A stretch of DNA of 64,000 bases, taken from contig JAAYCM010000129.1 in assembly GCA_012729765.1 (NCBI GenBank), positions 47,481 through 111,480 of the forward strand. Direction: 5' to 3'. A model generated the notes under the pieces. The model had not been told where the DNA came from, did no database searches, and worked only from the letters and a program-made list of their open reading frames with translations. A program made the position numbers and the translations under genes. Shown in pieces: positions 10,386 through 19,948 of this stretch (within the stretch, counting starts at the first letter, position 1; each line of letters begins with the position of its first letter). This DNA is from Chloroflexota bacterium. Its GTDB lineage: Bacteria > Chloroflexota > Anaerolineae > Aggregatilineales > Aggregatilineaceae.

Positions 10386-12902
10386 TTAGGGATCGAGCGC
10401 GTCGAGCCAGTCAAGATTCTGCTGCGCAACATGCTGGCCCATTTCATCCCCGACCTGGCGCAGAACCGTGAGCGCCTGCCACAGCAGCCGGCGGATGTGG
10501 GCGCGATCCACCCGCCGTGTCTGGCCGGGCTGCTGCAAGTAGATCACCGCCAGATTGTTGCAGGTGCGCGCATAACCGATCACATCTTTGGCCTGATCCA
10601 GCTTTTCGAGCGCCAGCAGCAGGTAATCGACGCCGGTTTCCCAGGCTTTATCGGCGGCGCTGATCTGGCCGAGGGTTGTCAGCACACGGCCCTGGTTGGG
10701 ATGATCGGCGGGCAGCAGGCGCAGGCTTCGCTCGGCGGCGTTGAGCGCGTCGTCAAGCAGGCCCAATTCCAGATAGATCTGGCTGGCGATGCCCCACGCC
10801 CGCCCGGACCAGTCTTGCAGGCGGCTGAGCCAGGTCAGAGCGCGTTCCGGCTCGGATGAGTCTAATGCAAGCTGCGCCAACTCACACGCGCAGCGCTCCA
10901 GCCCCAGGCCCGTACCATGCGCCTGATACAATTCGAAAGCCACACTCAGCCGCTGGTAGGCGTCATCCCAGCGGGCACGATAGCGATCGACAACCGCAAG
11001 CTCCACCAGCATATCGGCGCACTCCGTTGAGTCAGTGTGATAGAACTCAAGGGCATGTTGGAGATGCTGCCGCGCTTCGTCCAGGCGCCCCAGCCAGCGC
11101 AGTGCTATTCCAAGCGAGGCATGCAGCCAGACGTGGCCGGGTTGGGCTTCGTCCAGGGCAAGGATCTCAAACAGTCGATTGGACCATGCCTGCCACAGGC
11201 CAGCAGTGGTAATCTGAGGCGCCAGAAACCCGGCATAGGCCAGACACTCCTCGGCTGGCCGCTGTAGATCGCACGCGAGCTTGAGGACCAGCAGCGCCGC
11301 TGAAGGCTGGGGTTGGAGCGCCAACGAGTCGGCCCGGCGTGCAAGCGCACCTGCGAGATAGGCACTGGCGAACTCGCCCGGCGAGAGCATCTGGTCCGGC
11401 AGACAGCCGAACAGGAACGTCCGCGCTGCCGACTGAAGCGTGTAGATGACGCTGCCCGCCTGATCACGATGTGCAGAAAGCAACGCCTGCCGCACCAGGG
11501 CCGTCAGCGCGCGATCGACCACGCGCTCCGGCAGGCGCGCAAGCTCGCAAATCTGCTCATAGCTGGCCCCGTCGCGCTCGAACAGCAGCAGGAGCAGCCA
11601 CACCCGGCGCACATCGGGTGTAAGGTGGTCCCAGGCGTCGCGGTAGAGGCTATCCAGATCGGCGGCGCGCAGGGCAGCAGGCAGGGGCAGGCTGCGCGCC
11701 GCGCACAGTAACAGCTTGAGCGCCAGGGGGTTCCCACCCACGACCTGCCAGATGTCATCGAAGCGGTCGAGGGCATCCCGGCGTCCGTCCGGGTCGGTAT
11801 GGGCGTGCTGCTCCAGCAGGGCAAACGCCGCCTGATAGCTTAGTTCCGGCACGGTAATCTGGGTCAGCCAGACCTGATCGGGCGCCCAGATGCGGCTGGT
11901 CAGGATCACACGCGCGGCACGCAGCAGGTCGAGCAGGGTTTGCAGCGCCGATGGACTGTCAAACAAGACGTCTGCGTGATCGAGCACGATCAGAACGGTG
12001 TGCGTGCTCACGTAGGCGCGCAAGACTTCTTCCAACGGGGTGCTATCCAGGTGGAAGAGGCCCAGCCTGGCGACACATTCCGCCACGACGACCGCCGGGT
12101 TGGGCGGCAGATCGATGAGATCGAGCCAGAGCAGATCATCAAGCGGATCGTGCCCGCTGTCCAGGTTGATCCAGGTGTGAGCCAGCACGCGGGCGAGGGT
12201 GGATTTGCCACAGCCCGGCGGGCCGTGCAGCACGAGATGGTTGGGCGGATCGGCCTGGCGCAGAATATGGAGCGCCGTATCCCGCACCGAGTCGAAGCCA
12301 ATTAGGTGGGGCAGGGGCAGGTTGGGCAGCGCGTGCAGCAGCCGTTCGCGCCAGGCCAGGCGGCGGGCTTCCTGCTCGCGGCTGATCAACTCCTGGGTCA
12401 GGCGCGCAATCCCCAGATTGTGGCGGCGGCGGAGCATCCGCGCATCCACCCCAGCCCAATCTGCCATCGTCTGCCAGTCGAGATCGCGATCGACGCAGAC
12501 GTAGCGGTAGTAGAGCACGCTCCAGGCTTCCAGCGGGCGGTTACGCTGGCGGAAATCGCTTTGCAGATCGTCCAACTGGCACTTGGCTTGCGGTTCAGGG
12601 AGATCATATCCGGCACGCAGTTCGAGCAAACGGCGGGTAATGATCTCGGACAGGTGATCGAAGATGGCGACTTGCAGCGCCGCATCTCCAGCCAGCATGC
12701 CAGGGGCGTTGAGCCGCTGTATGACGCTGAGGAACAGGTGCAAGACATGCCCGGACAGCGGTTGGCCGAGGCGCATCGCGTCCAATGCCCGCTCAACCGC
12801 TTCCCTATCCAACTCCGGCCTCGACCGCTGCACGGACCGAGCTCCCCCCAACACAACCGCGAGTGATCCGTAATGATAATCGAAGGTGCGGGGAATGGGC
12901 AA
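10386..12902 (-). CDS. STAND-class P-loop NTPase (NB-ARC/NACHT-like) with N-terminal sigma70-region-4-like HTH and C-terminal TPR array
   Basis: 838 aa. HTH-like segment WSVLYYRYVCVDRDLDWQTMADWAGVDARMLRRRHNLGIARL. Walker A LHGPPGCGKSTLA. Walker B-like VLIVLDHADV. The C-terminal ~350 aa are TPR-like helical repeats. The track start is a TTG, so the true start is uncertain. Confidence 0.8.
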   Translation of the reverse strand: MPIPRTFDYHYGSLAVVLGGARSVQRSRPELDREAVERALDAMRLGQPLSGHVLHLFLSVIQRLNAPGMLAGDAALQVAIFDHLSEIITRRLLELRAGYDLPEPQAKCQLDDLQSDFRQRNRPLEAWSVLYYRYVCVDRDLDWQTMADWAGVDARMLRRRHNLGIARLTQELISREQEARRLAWRERLLHALPNLPLPHLIGFDSVRDTALHILRQADPPNHLVLHGPPGCGKSTLARVLAHTWINLDSGHDPLDDLLWLDLIDLPPNPAVVVAECVARLGLFHLDSTPLEEVLRAYVSTHTVLIVLDHADVLFDSPSALQTLLDLLRAARVILTSRIWAPDQVWLTQITVPELSYQAAFALLEQHAHTDPDGRRDALDRFDDIWQVVGGNPLALKLLLCAARSLPLPAALRAADLDSLYRDAWDHLTPDVRRVWLLLLLFERDGASYEQICELARLPERVVDRALTALVRQALLSAHRDQAGSVIYTLQSAARTFLFGCLPDQMLSPGEFASAYLAGALARRADSLALQPQPSAALLVLKLACDLQRPAEECLAYAGFLAPQITTAGLWQAWSNRLFEILALDEAQPGHVWLHASLGIALRWLGRLDEARQHLQHALEFYHTDSTECADMLVELAVVDRYRARWDDAYQRLSVAFELYQAHGTGLGLERCACELAQLALDSSEPERALTWLSRLQDWSGRAWGIASQIYLELGLLDDALNAAERSLRLLPADHPNQGRVLTTLGQISAADKAWETGVDYLLLALEKLDQAKDVIGYARTCNNLAVIYLQQPGQTRRVDRAHIRRLLWQALTVLRQVGDEMGQHVAQQNLDWLDALDP

Positions 12903-13007
12903 GATTTAGTACGAATAGAAATTATTACGGATGGATTAAGCGCTAAGTGGGAGCAGGCAAAGCCACCGATTATGCGGCTTGAAGCTTTAGATCTGAAGAT
13001 AAAGGGG

Positions 13008-13796
13008 TCACCAGGTCGCGCCGGGGAAGGTGCATACTCCTGCATCCTTACCGACCCGCTTGTACATCTGGATATCAGGCATCGGCTCGCCAAGCACGCC
13101 GTCGTGAATGGCCCACGACCGACCCAGCACAGAGCCCCACGCGTCCGGCGCGCGAAAGGGGGTCGAGCCATCCAGCCGGGCATGTGCCTTGCCGCCGGGC
13201 TGAAACGCCTCGTGAATGGCCTTCATGCGGCGCAGCCCGCGCGCGTAGGCGAACCCATAGCGCTCGAAGGTGATCGCGTTGTGATAGAACAGCGGCTCGA
13301 TCAGGAACAGGTCGTGCTTCATGCGCTGCACGAATTCCTCGAACACCGGCATCGCGCGGCGAAAGATGCGCATCCCGCGGCGAATCTGACCGGGAGCCAG
13401 CCCGGCCTGCATGGCGCGAATTTCTTCCGCGATATTGCGAGAGCGTGTGCCAAGCTCCGTAGATCTGCCGTGCTCGTCCACGTCAATATTGAAGCGCGGC
13501 GCAGCGGGATCGTTGACCACTGCCAGCAGCACGATCAACTGCGAGGTAAATGTGTCGCCCATGTGCAGATACAATGCCGGGTCAGACATATCGGACGCGT
13601 GATAGATCGACAGCTCGACGGCATTGCTGCCGGCGGGACAGCGCAGCCGCACCGCATCATGCTCGTCCCGTTCCTGGGGATCGACGCCAAATAATTCGAA
13701 CACCCAGCCCGGCAGCAGGCCGGTATAAATCGCCCGCTTCTCGTGCGGCGGCAGATCGTTGATCTCACGAATGGTGCCCGGCAGTTCTGATCGCAT
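13008..13796 (-). CDS. Conserved hypothetical protein (262 aa from internal ATG)
   Basis: The track ORF extends to 13907, but that start overlaps smpB by about 90 nt. The ATG at 13796 (MRSELPGTIREI) avoids the overlap. No family recognised. Confidence 0.6.
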   Translation of the reverse strand: MRSELPGTIREINDLPPHEKRAIYTGLLPGWVFELFGVDPQERDEHDAVRLRCPAGSNAVELSIYHASDMSDPALYLHMGDTFTSQLIVLLAVVNDPAAPRFNIDVDEHGRSTELGTRSRNIAEEIRAMQAGLAPGQIRRGMRIFRRAMPVFEEFVQRMKHDLFLIEPLFYHNAITFERYGFAYARGLRRMKAIHEAFQPGGKAHARLDGSTPFRAPDAWGSVLGRSWAIHDGVLGEPMPDIQMYKRVGKDAGVCTFPGATW

Positions 13797-13815
13797 AGGG
13801 CGTTCCAGACTATAG

Positions 13816-14277
13816 CTAGCGGTAGCGCTCGTTGAGCGACCGTTCGATCTGGCGCTGGCTTTCGCGCTCGCGCATGTTCTCGCGCTTGTCATACTGCTTG
13901 CGCCCACGCGCCAGGGCGATCTCGAGCTTGGCCCGCCCGCGCAGGAGATAGAGGCTGACCGGCACGATGGTCAGGCCCTTTTCCTGCACACGCGCCAGAA
14001 TCCGCTCGATCTCGCGGCGGTGCAGCAGCAGCTTGCGCGGGCGCAGCGGATCGTGTCCGAACATACCGGCCTGATCATAGGACGCGATATGGGTGTTGAG
14101 CAGCCACAGCTCGCCGTCGCGCGGGGAGACGTATCCCTCGCGTAGATTCACATGCCCGGCCCGGATCGATTTGATCTCGGAACCAAGCAGCACCAGCCCG
14201 GCCTCGAAGCTGTCCAATAGCTCGTAGTCGTGCCGGGCCTTCCGATTGGTCGCAATAACCTTGCGCGGCTTATCCAT
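13816..14277 (-). CDS. smpB: SsrA-binding protein SmpB
   Basis: 153 aa. Reads KVIATNRKARHDYELLDSFEAGLVLLGSEIKSIRAG and a basic C-terminal tail. Confidence 0.95.
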   Translation of the reverse strand: MDKPRKVIATNRKARHDYELLDSFEAGLVLLGSEIKSIRAGHVNLREGYVSPRDGELWLLNTHIASYDQAGMFGHDPLRPRKLLLHRREIERILARVQEKGLTIVPVSLYLLRGRAKLEIALARGRKQYDKRENMRERESQRQIERSLNERYR

Positions 14278-14313
14278 CGTTGTTGTATGCTCCAGACTGC
14301 GGTAATTGTAGCA

Positions 14314-15519
14314 TCAGCCGACCGTTGGCGGGACAGCCTCGGTCAGATAGTCGAGTGCGGCCTCGATAAACGGGTCCTGCTCCGGCACGCTGCCGGTCGG
14401 CACCTCAACCAGCACGTCGGGCGTGAGGCCCTGGCCCTGCAGCGGCGTACCGCCAGGCGTGAGCCAGATCGCGACGGTAACATGCACCTGCGAGTCGTCC
14501 GGCAGGTCGTACACATGCTGCACCGAGCCTTTGCCGTAGCTCGGACGCCCAATCAGCACGGCTCGCCCGTGATCGTGCAGCGCACCGGCCACAACTTCGG
14601 CGGCGCTGGCGCTCCCTTCATCGATCAGAACAACGAGCGGCACGTCCTCGGCCAACTGTCCGCTGACGGCATCATAACCCGTTTCTTCGTCCTGCGAGCG
14701 CTCGGTCACGACCCGGCCACCATCCAGAAACAGATCGCTCACGCCGACCGCCTGATCGAGCAGCCCGCCAGGGTTGCCGCGCAGGTCCAGGATCATGGCC
14801 TGTGCACCGTCGGCCAGCGCCTGCTCGATGGCCTGGGCCACCAGCGTCGTCGCGTTGGCATTGAAGCGATACAGCCGGACGTGCGCAACGGAGTCGATCA
14901 GCTCGGCATACACTGTTGGAAGCTCCACACGAGCGCGCTCAACTTTAACCGAGAACTCGCGTGCCTCAGAGGTGCGATACAACGTTACCCGGACCGCCGA
15001 TCCGATCTCGCCGCGCAGCAGGGCGACTGTCTCAGGCAGCGTCAGGTCATCCAGTTCGGTCCCATCCACCGCCACGATCACATCACCGCGCCGGATTCCG
15101 GCCTGCTGTGCGGGCAGATCAGGATACAACTCTGCGATCACGAACCGGCCATCGTCCGCCTGCATCACCTGCGCGCCGATGCCGCCAAACTCGCCAGCCG
15201 TCGCCTGACGATCCAGTTCTGCGCGGGCGGGTGGTGCAAAGAAGGTGTATGGATCCCCGGCAGCGGCCAGCAGTCCTTGCGCCGCACCATAAGCCAGTTC
15301 TTCTTCAGGCGGCAGATCGTAATAGTATGCCTTGTCCAGGATATCCCAACTCTGCCAGACCACCGAGAAATTTTCGTCGTTATGCGGGGAATCGCCCAGG
15401 CCAGCATAGAGCACGCCGGCCACGAATGCCCCGCCCGCCACCACGAAAAGAATCCCCAGCAGCCGCACGATCACGAGCGAATTGGGGCTTGAACGACGTG
15501 TTACTGGCGTTTCTGCCAC
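14314..15519 (-). CDS. S41-family carboxy-terminal processing peptidase (PDZ-containing), membrane anchored
   Basis: 401 aa. N-terminal TM segment, PDZ segment (AGIRRGDVIVAVDG) and S41 core LDLRGNPGGLLDQAV ... GSASAAEVVAGAL ... SYGKGSVQ. Confidence 0.9.
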   Translation of the reverse strand: MAETPVTRRSSPNSLVIVRLLGILFVVAGGAFVAGVLYAGLGDSPHNDENFSVVWQSWDILDKAYYYDLPPEEELAYGAAQGLLAAAGDPYTFFAPPARAELDRQATAGEFGGIGAQVMQADDGRFVIAELYPDLPAQQAGIRRGDVIVAVDGTELDDLTLPETVALLRGEIGSAVRVTLYRTSEAREFSVKVERARVELPTVYAELIDSVAHVRLYRFNANATTLVAQAIEQALADGAQAMILDLRGNPGGLLDQAVGVSDLFLDGGRVVTERSQDEETGYDAVSGQLAEDVPLVVLIDEGSASAAEVVAGALHDHGRAVLIGRPSYGKGSVQHVYDLPDDSQVHVTVAIWLTPGGTPLQGQGLTPDVLVEVPTGSVPEQDPFIEAALDYLTEAVPPTVG

Positions 15520-15532
15520 TGCCTGACCTTAC

Positions 15533-16777
15533 TTATTCCACACTGCCCGCACTGACAGACGCGTCGGTGGGCCTATCCAGTATTTCGCGCAGGTAGCGCA
15601 CCGCCTCGCCAAGTTCCACATCGCGCCCTTCAGGATCGGGAATCATCGGCTGGTCCGGCTCCAGCCCATTCCCATTGAGCGAGGTGCCGCCCGGCGTCAG
15701 CCACTCCGCCGAGGTGATGTGGATTGATGACTCGTCCGAGAGGCGGAAGATCAACTGCACCGAGCCTTTGCCGTAAGTCTTCTGCCCGATCAAAATGCCG
15801 CGATCCCGATCCCGAATGGCCCCGGCGACCAGCTCCGCCGCGCTGGCCGTGCCGCCATTGACCAGCACCGCCAACGGCTGATCGAGCGCCGCGCCACCTT
15901 CGGATGCATAAGTCGCCTCTTTCTCGTCGCGGCGCTGCTCGTAGAACACCACGCCGCCATCCAGAAACTCGGACGCGACTTCGACCGATTCCTGCAGCAG
16001 ACCCCCCGCATCATTGCGCAGGTCGAGCACCAGCGCGGCGACGCCCTGCGTTTTCAGATCGTCCAGCGCCGTGCGCAGCTCATCCGGCGTGCGCCCGGTG
16101 AAGCTGATGATCTGGATATAGCCGAGGCGCGCATCCTCAGCCAGCACGCGCCACACCACCGAGGGCACGGTCACGACTGCGAACTCAATGAAATATTCAT
16201 GCTCATCGCCATCAGTCGCCCGCCGCACCCTGATCGTGACGCCGCGCCCCTCGCCAACCTCACCGCGCAGCATTTGATCCACAACATCGAGGCGCTCGTC
16301 CAGGCCAAGCGGCTGCCCCTCGATCGCGAGCAGCACATCGCCATCCTGCACGCCAACGGCGGCTGCCGGGCCATCCCGGAAGGGATAGAGCACGAACTGG
16401 CCCTGTTCATCGCGCCGGACCTGCACGCCGATGCCGCCATACTGCCCGGCCAGCGCATCTGACTCGCTTTGCGCGACGACCGGCTCGTTGAAGTAGGTAT
16501 AAGGATCTTCCAGGCCCGCCAGATAACCTCGAACGGCGGCATATTCCATCTCGCGCTCCGGGGGCATCTCACGCAGGTAGTGCATCGCAATCAGGCCCCG
16601 GACTTCCGCCAGCAGGGGGAATTCGCTGCGGGTGTTGTTCTGGCCCTGGGCCTGAGTTGGGACCTGCCCGCGCAGGATGAATCCGGCCAGAAAAACGACG
16701 CTGAGCAGAGCGCCGGTCAGCATCCCGCGCCCCAGCGCCGCCAGGATACGCTGTCGGGTAGTCGGTCGTGGCTTCAT
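15533..16777 (-). CDS. S41-family carboxy-terminal processing peptidase, second tandem paralogue
   Basis: Same architecture: LDLRNDAGGLLQESV, GTASAAELVAGAI, TYGKGSVQ. I prefer the internal ATG at 16777 (MKPRPTT... followed by a TM segment) over the track start at 16867. Confidence 0.88.
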   Translation of the reverse strand: MKPRPTTRQRILAALGRGMLTGALLSVVFLAGFILRGQVPTQAQGQNNTRSEFPLLAEVRGLIAMHYLREMPPEREMEYAAVRGYLAGLEDPYTYFNEPVVAQSESDALAGQYGGIGVQVRRDEQGQFVLYPFRDGPAAAVGVQDGDVLLAIEGQPLGLDERLDVVDQMLRGEVGEGRGVTIRVRRATDGDEHEYFIEFAVVTVPSVVWRVLAEDARLGYIQIISFTGRTPDELRTALDDLKTQGVAALVLDLRNDAGGLLQESVEVASEFLDGGVVFYEQRRDEKEATYASEGGAALDQPLAVLVNGGTASAAELVAGAIRDRDRGILIGQKTYGKGSVQLIFRLSDESSIHITSAEWLTPGGTSLNGNGLEPDQPMIPDPEGRDVELGEAVRYLREILDRPTDASVSAGSVE

Positions 16778-16914
16778 CAAAATTACCCCAGCTTGGCTGC
16801 ACAATGTTGAAATTGTAGCATATCGCCCGGCGAATTTAAGGGTCGAATGATTTTCCGGATTGCGCAAGACGTATTATGATATGCTGCGCGAATAGTTGAG
16901 GCAGAAGGAAGTCT

Positions 16915-18567
16915 GTGATGGAAGAACGGAAACCGTTGGTGCTGGTCGCCGACGACGAACAAAACGCTGTAACGCTGCTCACGCATATTTTCGAGCGAGA
17001 CGGGTTCGAAGTCGAAAACGCCCGCGACGGCGAATCGGCCCTGGAGAAAGCCCGTGCCCTCAGGCCGGATCTGATCCTGATGGACGTGCAGATGCCCAAG
17101 ATGGACGGTTTCAAGGTCGTAGAGCAGTTACGCGAAGATCCGGCGACGGCACGGGTTCCGATCATCTTCGTCACAGCAGCAGCCCGCGAGCCGGCAGATG
17201 TGGCGCATGGCCTCAAGCTGGGCGCAGACGACTATATCCGCAAGCCGTACAACTATCACGAGCTGCTGGCTCGCGCGCGCAGCAAGATGCATGCCCGCCA
17301 GCTCGAAGACCGGCTCCAGCGCCGCAACGAGCAGCTCGAAGCCCTGGTGCGCATTGGGGCCGACTTGAACCAGCGGCTGGGCCTCAGCGAACTGATCGAT
17401 CTGCTGCTGGCGCTGCCCGGTCAGGAACTTGGGGCTGAGGCGGTGGAGTTGTTCCTGTTCGACGAGCAGCAGCGCCTACTGCACTGCCAGAAACACCAGG
17501 CGCCACCAGCAGCGGACCTGAACGCCGCCGAAGCGCGCTTAAAACAGCCGAAGACCGTAGCCGGGCAGGTATACGCATCGGGCGAACCACTGCTGATCGC
17601 CGATACGACCCAGGCCAGCGACAAACCGACTGATCTCGAATCATCGCACCTGCGATCTGCGATCGCGGTCCCATTCCGGCATCAGGGCAAACTGATGGGC
17701 ATCCTGATCGCGGCGCACAGCAGCCCGAACCGCTTTTCGGACACCGATCTGCGCCTGCTGCGCTCGATTGGCGAGCAGGCCGCGCTGGCCGCCCGGAATG
17801 CGCAGCTTCACGCCGAATTGCAGCGCCACGCGCAAAACCTGGAAAGCATGGTCGAGGTCCGCACGCAAGAGCTGCGCGCCGCCCAGGATCAGTTGGTCCG
17901 TACGGAGAAGCTGGCCGCACTCGGACGGCTGGCCGCCGGCATCGCGCACGAGGTCAATAATCCGCTCCAGCCGATTCTCAACTGCCTGGAAGTGGCTACC
18001 GAGGATATCGAGAGCGGCGAGCCGGTGGACGTCGAAGTCCTGCGCGTGGCCGAAAAAGAGGTACAGCGTATCAAGACCATTGTGGCGCGCCTGCTGGATT
18101 TCGCCCGGCCCGGCACCGGTGATATGCGCGAGCTGGAAATTCATCCGTTGGTTCAGGAAGTGTTGGTGTTGGCCCGCAAGCAGCTTGAGCGGATGCATAT
18201 CGAGCTAACCACCAATATCGTGCCCGTGCCACCGCTGATCGGCAACCCGGCCCAGTTGAAACAGGTGATCCTCAACCTGGTCCTCAACGCGATGGAAGCC
18301 ATGCCGGACGGCGGGCGGCTGACCGTTGGGCTGTGTCCGGATGGGGGCGGAGCCGCCATCACCGTGAGGGATACGGGAATGGGCATGGACAGCGAAGCCA
18401 TTGCCCAGATTTTCGACCCCTTCTACTCGACCAAAGAGGATGGTACCGGGCTGGGGCTGGCCGTCAGCTATGGGATTATCGAAGGGCACGGCGGACAGAT
18501 TCGGGTCGAGAGCCTGCCAAACAAAGGCACGACCTTTACCATCTGGCTGCCGCTGCCCACCGAATAA
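16915..18567 (+). CDS. Hybrid response-regulator/histidine kinase (REC-GAF-HisKA-HATPase_c)
   Basis: 550 aa. REC: LVADDEQN...DLILMDVQMPKMDGF. GAF-like middle. H-box AHEVNNPLQ. N/G boxes NLVLNAMEA, DTGMGM, GTGLGL. GAAGGAAG Shine-Dalgarno upstream. The start is GTG 16915 or ATG 16918. Confidence 0.9.
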   Translation: MMEERKPLVLVADDEQNAVTLLTHIFERDGFEVENARDGESALEKARALRPDLILMDVQMPKMDGFKVVEQLREDPATARVPIIFVTAAAREPADVAHGLKLGADDYIRKPYNYHELLARARSKMHARQLEDRLQRRNEQLEALVRIGADLNQRLGLSELIDLLLALPGQELGAEAVELFLFDEQQRLLHCQKHQAPPAADLNAAEARLKQPKTVAGQVYASGEPLLIADTTQASDKPTDLESSHLRSAIAVPFRHQGKLMGILIAAHSSPNRFSDTDLRLLRSIGEQAALAARNAQLHAELQRHAQNLESMVEVRTQELRAAQDQLVRTEKLAALGRLAAGIAHEVNNPLQPILNCLEVATEDIESGEPVDVEVLRVAEKEVQRIKTIVARLLDFARPGTGDMRELEIHPLVQEVLVLARKQLERMHIELTTNIVPVPPLIGNPAQLKQVILNLVLNAMEAMPDGGRLTVGLCPDGGGAAITVRDTGMGMDSEAIAQIFDPFYSTKEDGTGLGLAVSYGIIEGHGGQIRVESLPNKGTTFTIWLPLPTE

Positions 18568-18579
18568 ACGCGCCCGCGA

Positions 18580-19767
18580 TCACTCCGCTGGCTGCCACTC
18601 CGCGTGGAAGGCCAGCCAGTCGATCTCGCCGCTGGCATACTGCACCGCCGTCTCGACCGGGACGACGGCGCGGTACAACACGTCACGTGCCTCACCCTCG
18701 CAGCGATCGACCGTGACGCCAACCGCGTCCAGATCGTCCTGCACGACGGCGGCCTGCCGCGCGGCGATCTCCATCCCCTGGCGTACCAACTCCGGCAGAG
18801 TCGGGTCGGGCTGGCCGCAGCTTTCCACAAATAAGGCGTTACCCAGATCGCTGTTTGCAATCACGGCCCGGCTGTTGGTGCCAAGCACTGCCGTTTGAAG
18901 CTCGCCCTGGACGAAGTTCTGCGCGGTAACAACCGCATCCGATTCGACCTCGGCTACCTCAAGCGCGCCCAGATCCTCCGCAGCCCGATCCCCTGTTAGC
19001 CACAGCACCGCCAGCACAACAGCCAACACGCCAACCAGGACCAGCGCGCCGAGCACAGTCAGCAGCAGCCGCGCGCCGCGTCCGGCACGTCGCGCCTGGC
19101 GCTCCTCGATGTCGGCCAATGCCTCTTCGTCCAGCGGAGCCTCGTCGTCCTCGAAAGTGATGCGGACCGGCTTGGGCGGCTTGGAAGCCTGACGCCGGGG
19201 CAGGGGAGTCTCCTGATCAACCTCACCGGCTGCGAACGGGTCCGGCCCGGCACTGGTCAGCACTTCATCCTCGACAAAAAACTCCTGCTCGACTTCAAAC
19301 GGCTCCGGCTCGAAGGCCGGGCGGAAAATATCGTCCTCAAACGTCTCGTGCGGCTCGGCCACCGGCGGCTCTTCAAACGGTGGCAGTTCGTCGAAGCGTT
19401 CGCCGAATAGCGCCTCGAACTCGTCTGTATCGGATTCAGCTTCCATGACGAATGGGGTCGGCATATACTCGCGCAGCTCGGGGAAGTCGGCCAGCTCGTC
19501 GGGCGTCGGGGGGAATTCTTCGTTGAGCCGGGTGAGCATATCGCGTGCTTTGGGCGCGTTGGTGTAGTTCGGGTCCAGGCGCAGCACGCGTACCAGGGCC
19601 TCGCGCACCTCACGCGGTTCGTCGGCAGCATAGGCCAGCAGCCACCACGCATGAGGATTCTCCGGCTCCATCGCAACTACCGGGCGGATAATATTGAGCG
19701 CTTCTTCCGTCTGTTCGCTGCGGATCAACTGGTAGGCACGTGCAAGGTCTTGTTGGGAATTGCTCAT
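18580..19767 (-). CDS. Hypothetical membrane protein: N-terminal TPR-like domain, long acidic linker, one TM helix, C-terminal extracytoplasmic domain
   Basis: 395 aa. TPR-like residues 1-85. A D/E/P/F-rich segment follows. TM helix LLLTVLGALVLVGVLAVVLAVLWL. No family recognised. Confidence 0.65.
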   Translation of the reverse strand: MSNSQQDLARAYQLIRSEQTEEALNIIRPVVAMEPENPHAWWLLAYAADEPREVREALVRVLRLDPNYTNAPKARDMLTRLNEEFPPTPDELADFPELREYMPTPFVMEAESDTDEFEALFGERFDELPPFEEPPVAEPHETFEDDIFRPAFEPEPFEVEQEFFVEDEVLTSAGPDPFAAGEVDQETPLPRRQASKPPKPVRITFEDDEAPLDEEALADIEERQARRAGRGARLLLTVLGALVLVGVLAVVLAVLWLTGDRAAEDLGALEVAEVESDAVVTAQNFVQGELQTAVLGTNSRAVIANSDLGNALFVESCGQPDPTLPELVRQGMEIAARQAAVVQDDLDAVGVTVDRCEGEARDVLYRAVVPVETAVQYASGEIDWLAFHAEWQPAE

Positions 19768-19948
19768 CAGGTCCTCCTGGCAGGCGAATGGCAGCGTGCG
19801 GCCTCTCTAGACGCATTATAGCCCGACTATCGCGGCCTGCAAGCGTATGCAAATGGGATTAATCGCGTTTTCTCCTCCTTTGAATTGTGCACTATAATGG
19901 GGCGACGACCAACCTGTGTTGGCGTCCACATCACCTGGATGAGTCAGT

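Noticed and set aside
13797-14313. Looked for a tmRNA (ssrA) gene next to smpB.
   Set aside because: The flanks of smpB are coding, with gaps of only 19 and 36 nt. No tRNA-Ala-like acceptor/T-arm sequence was seen.
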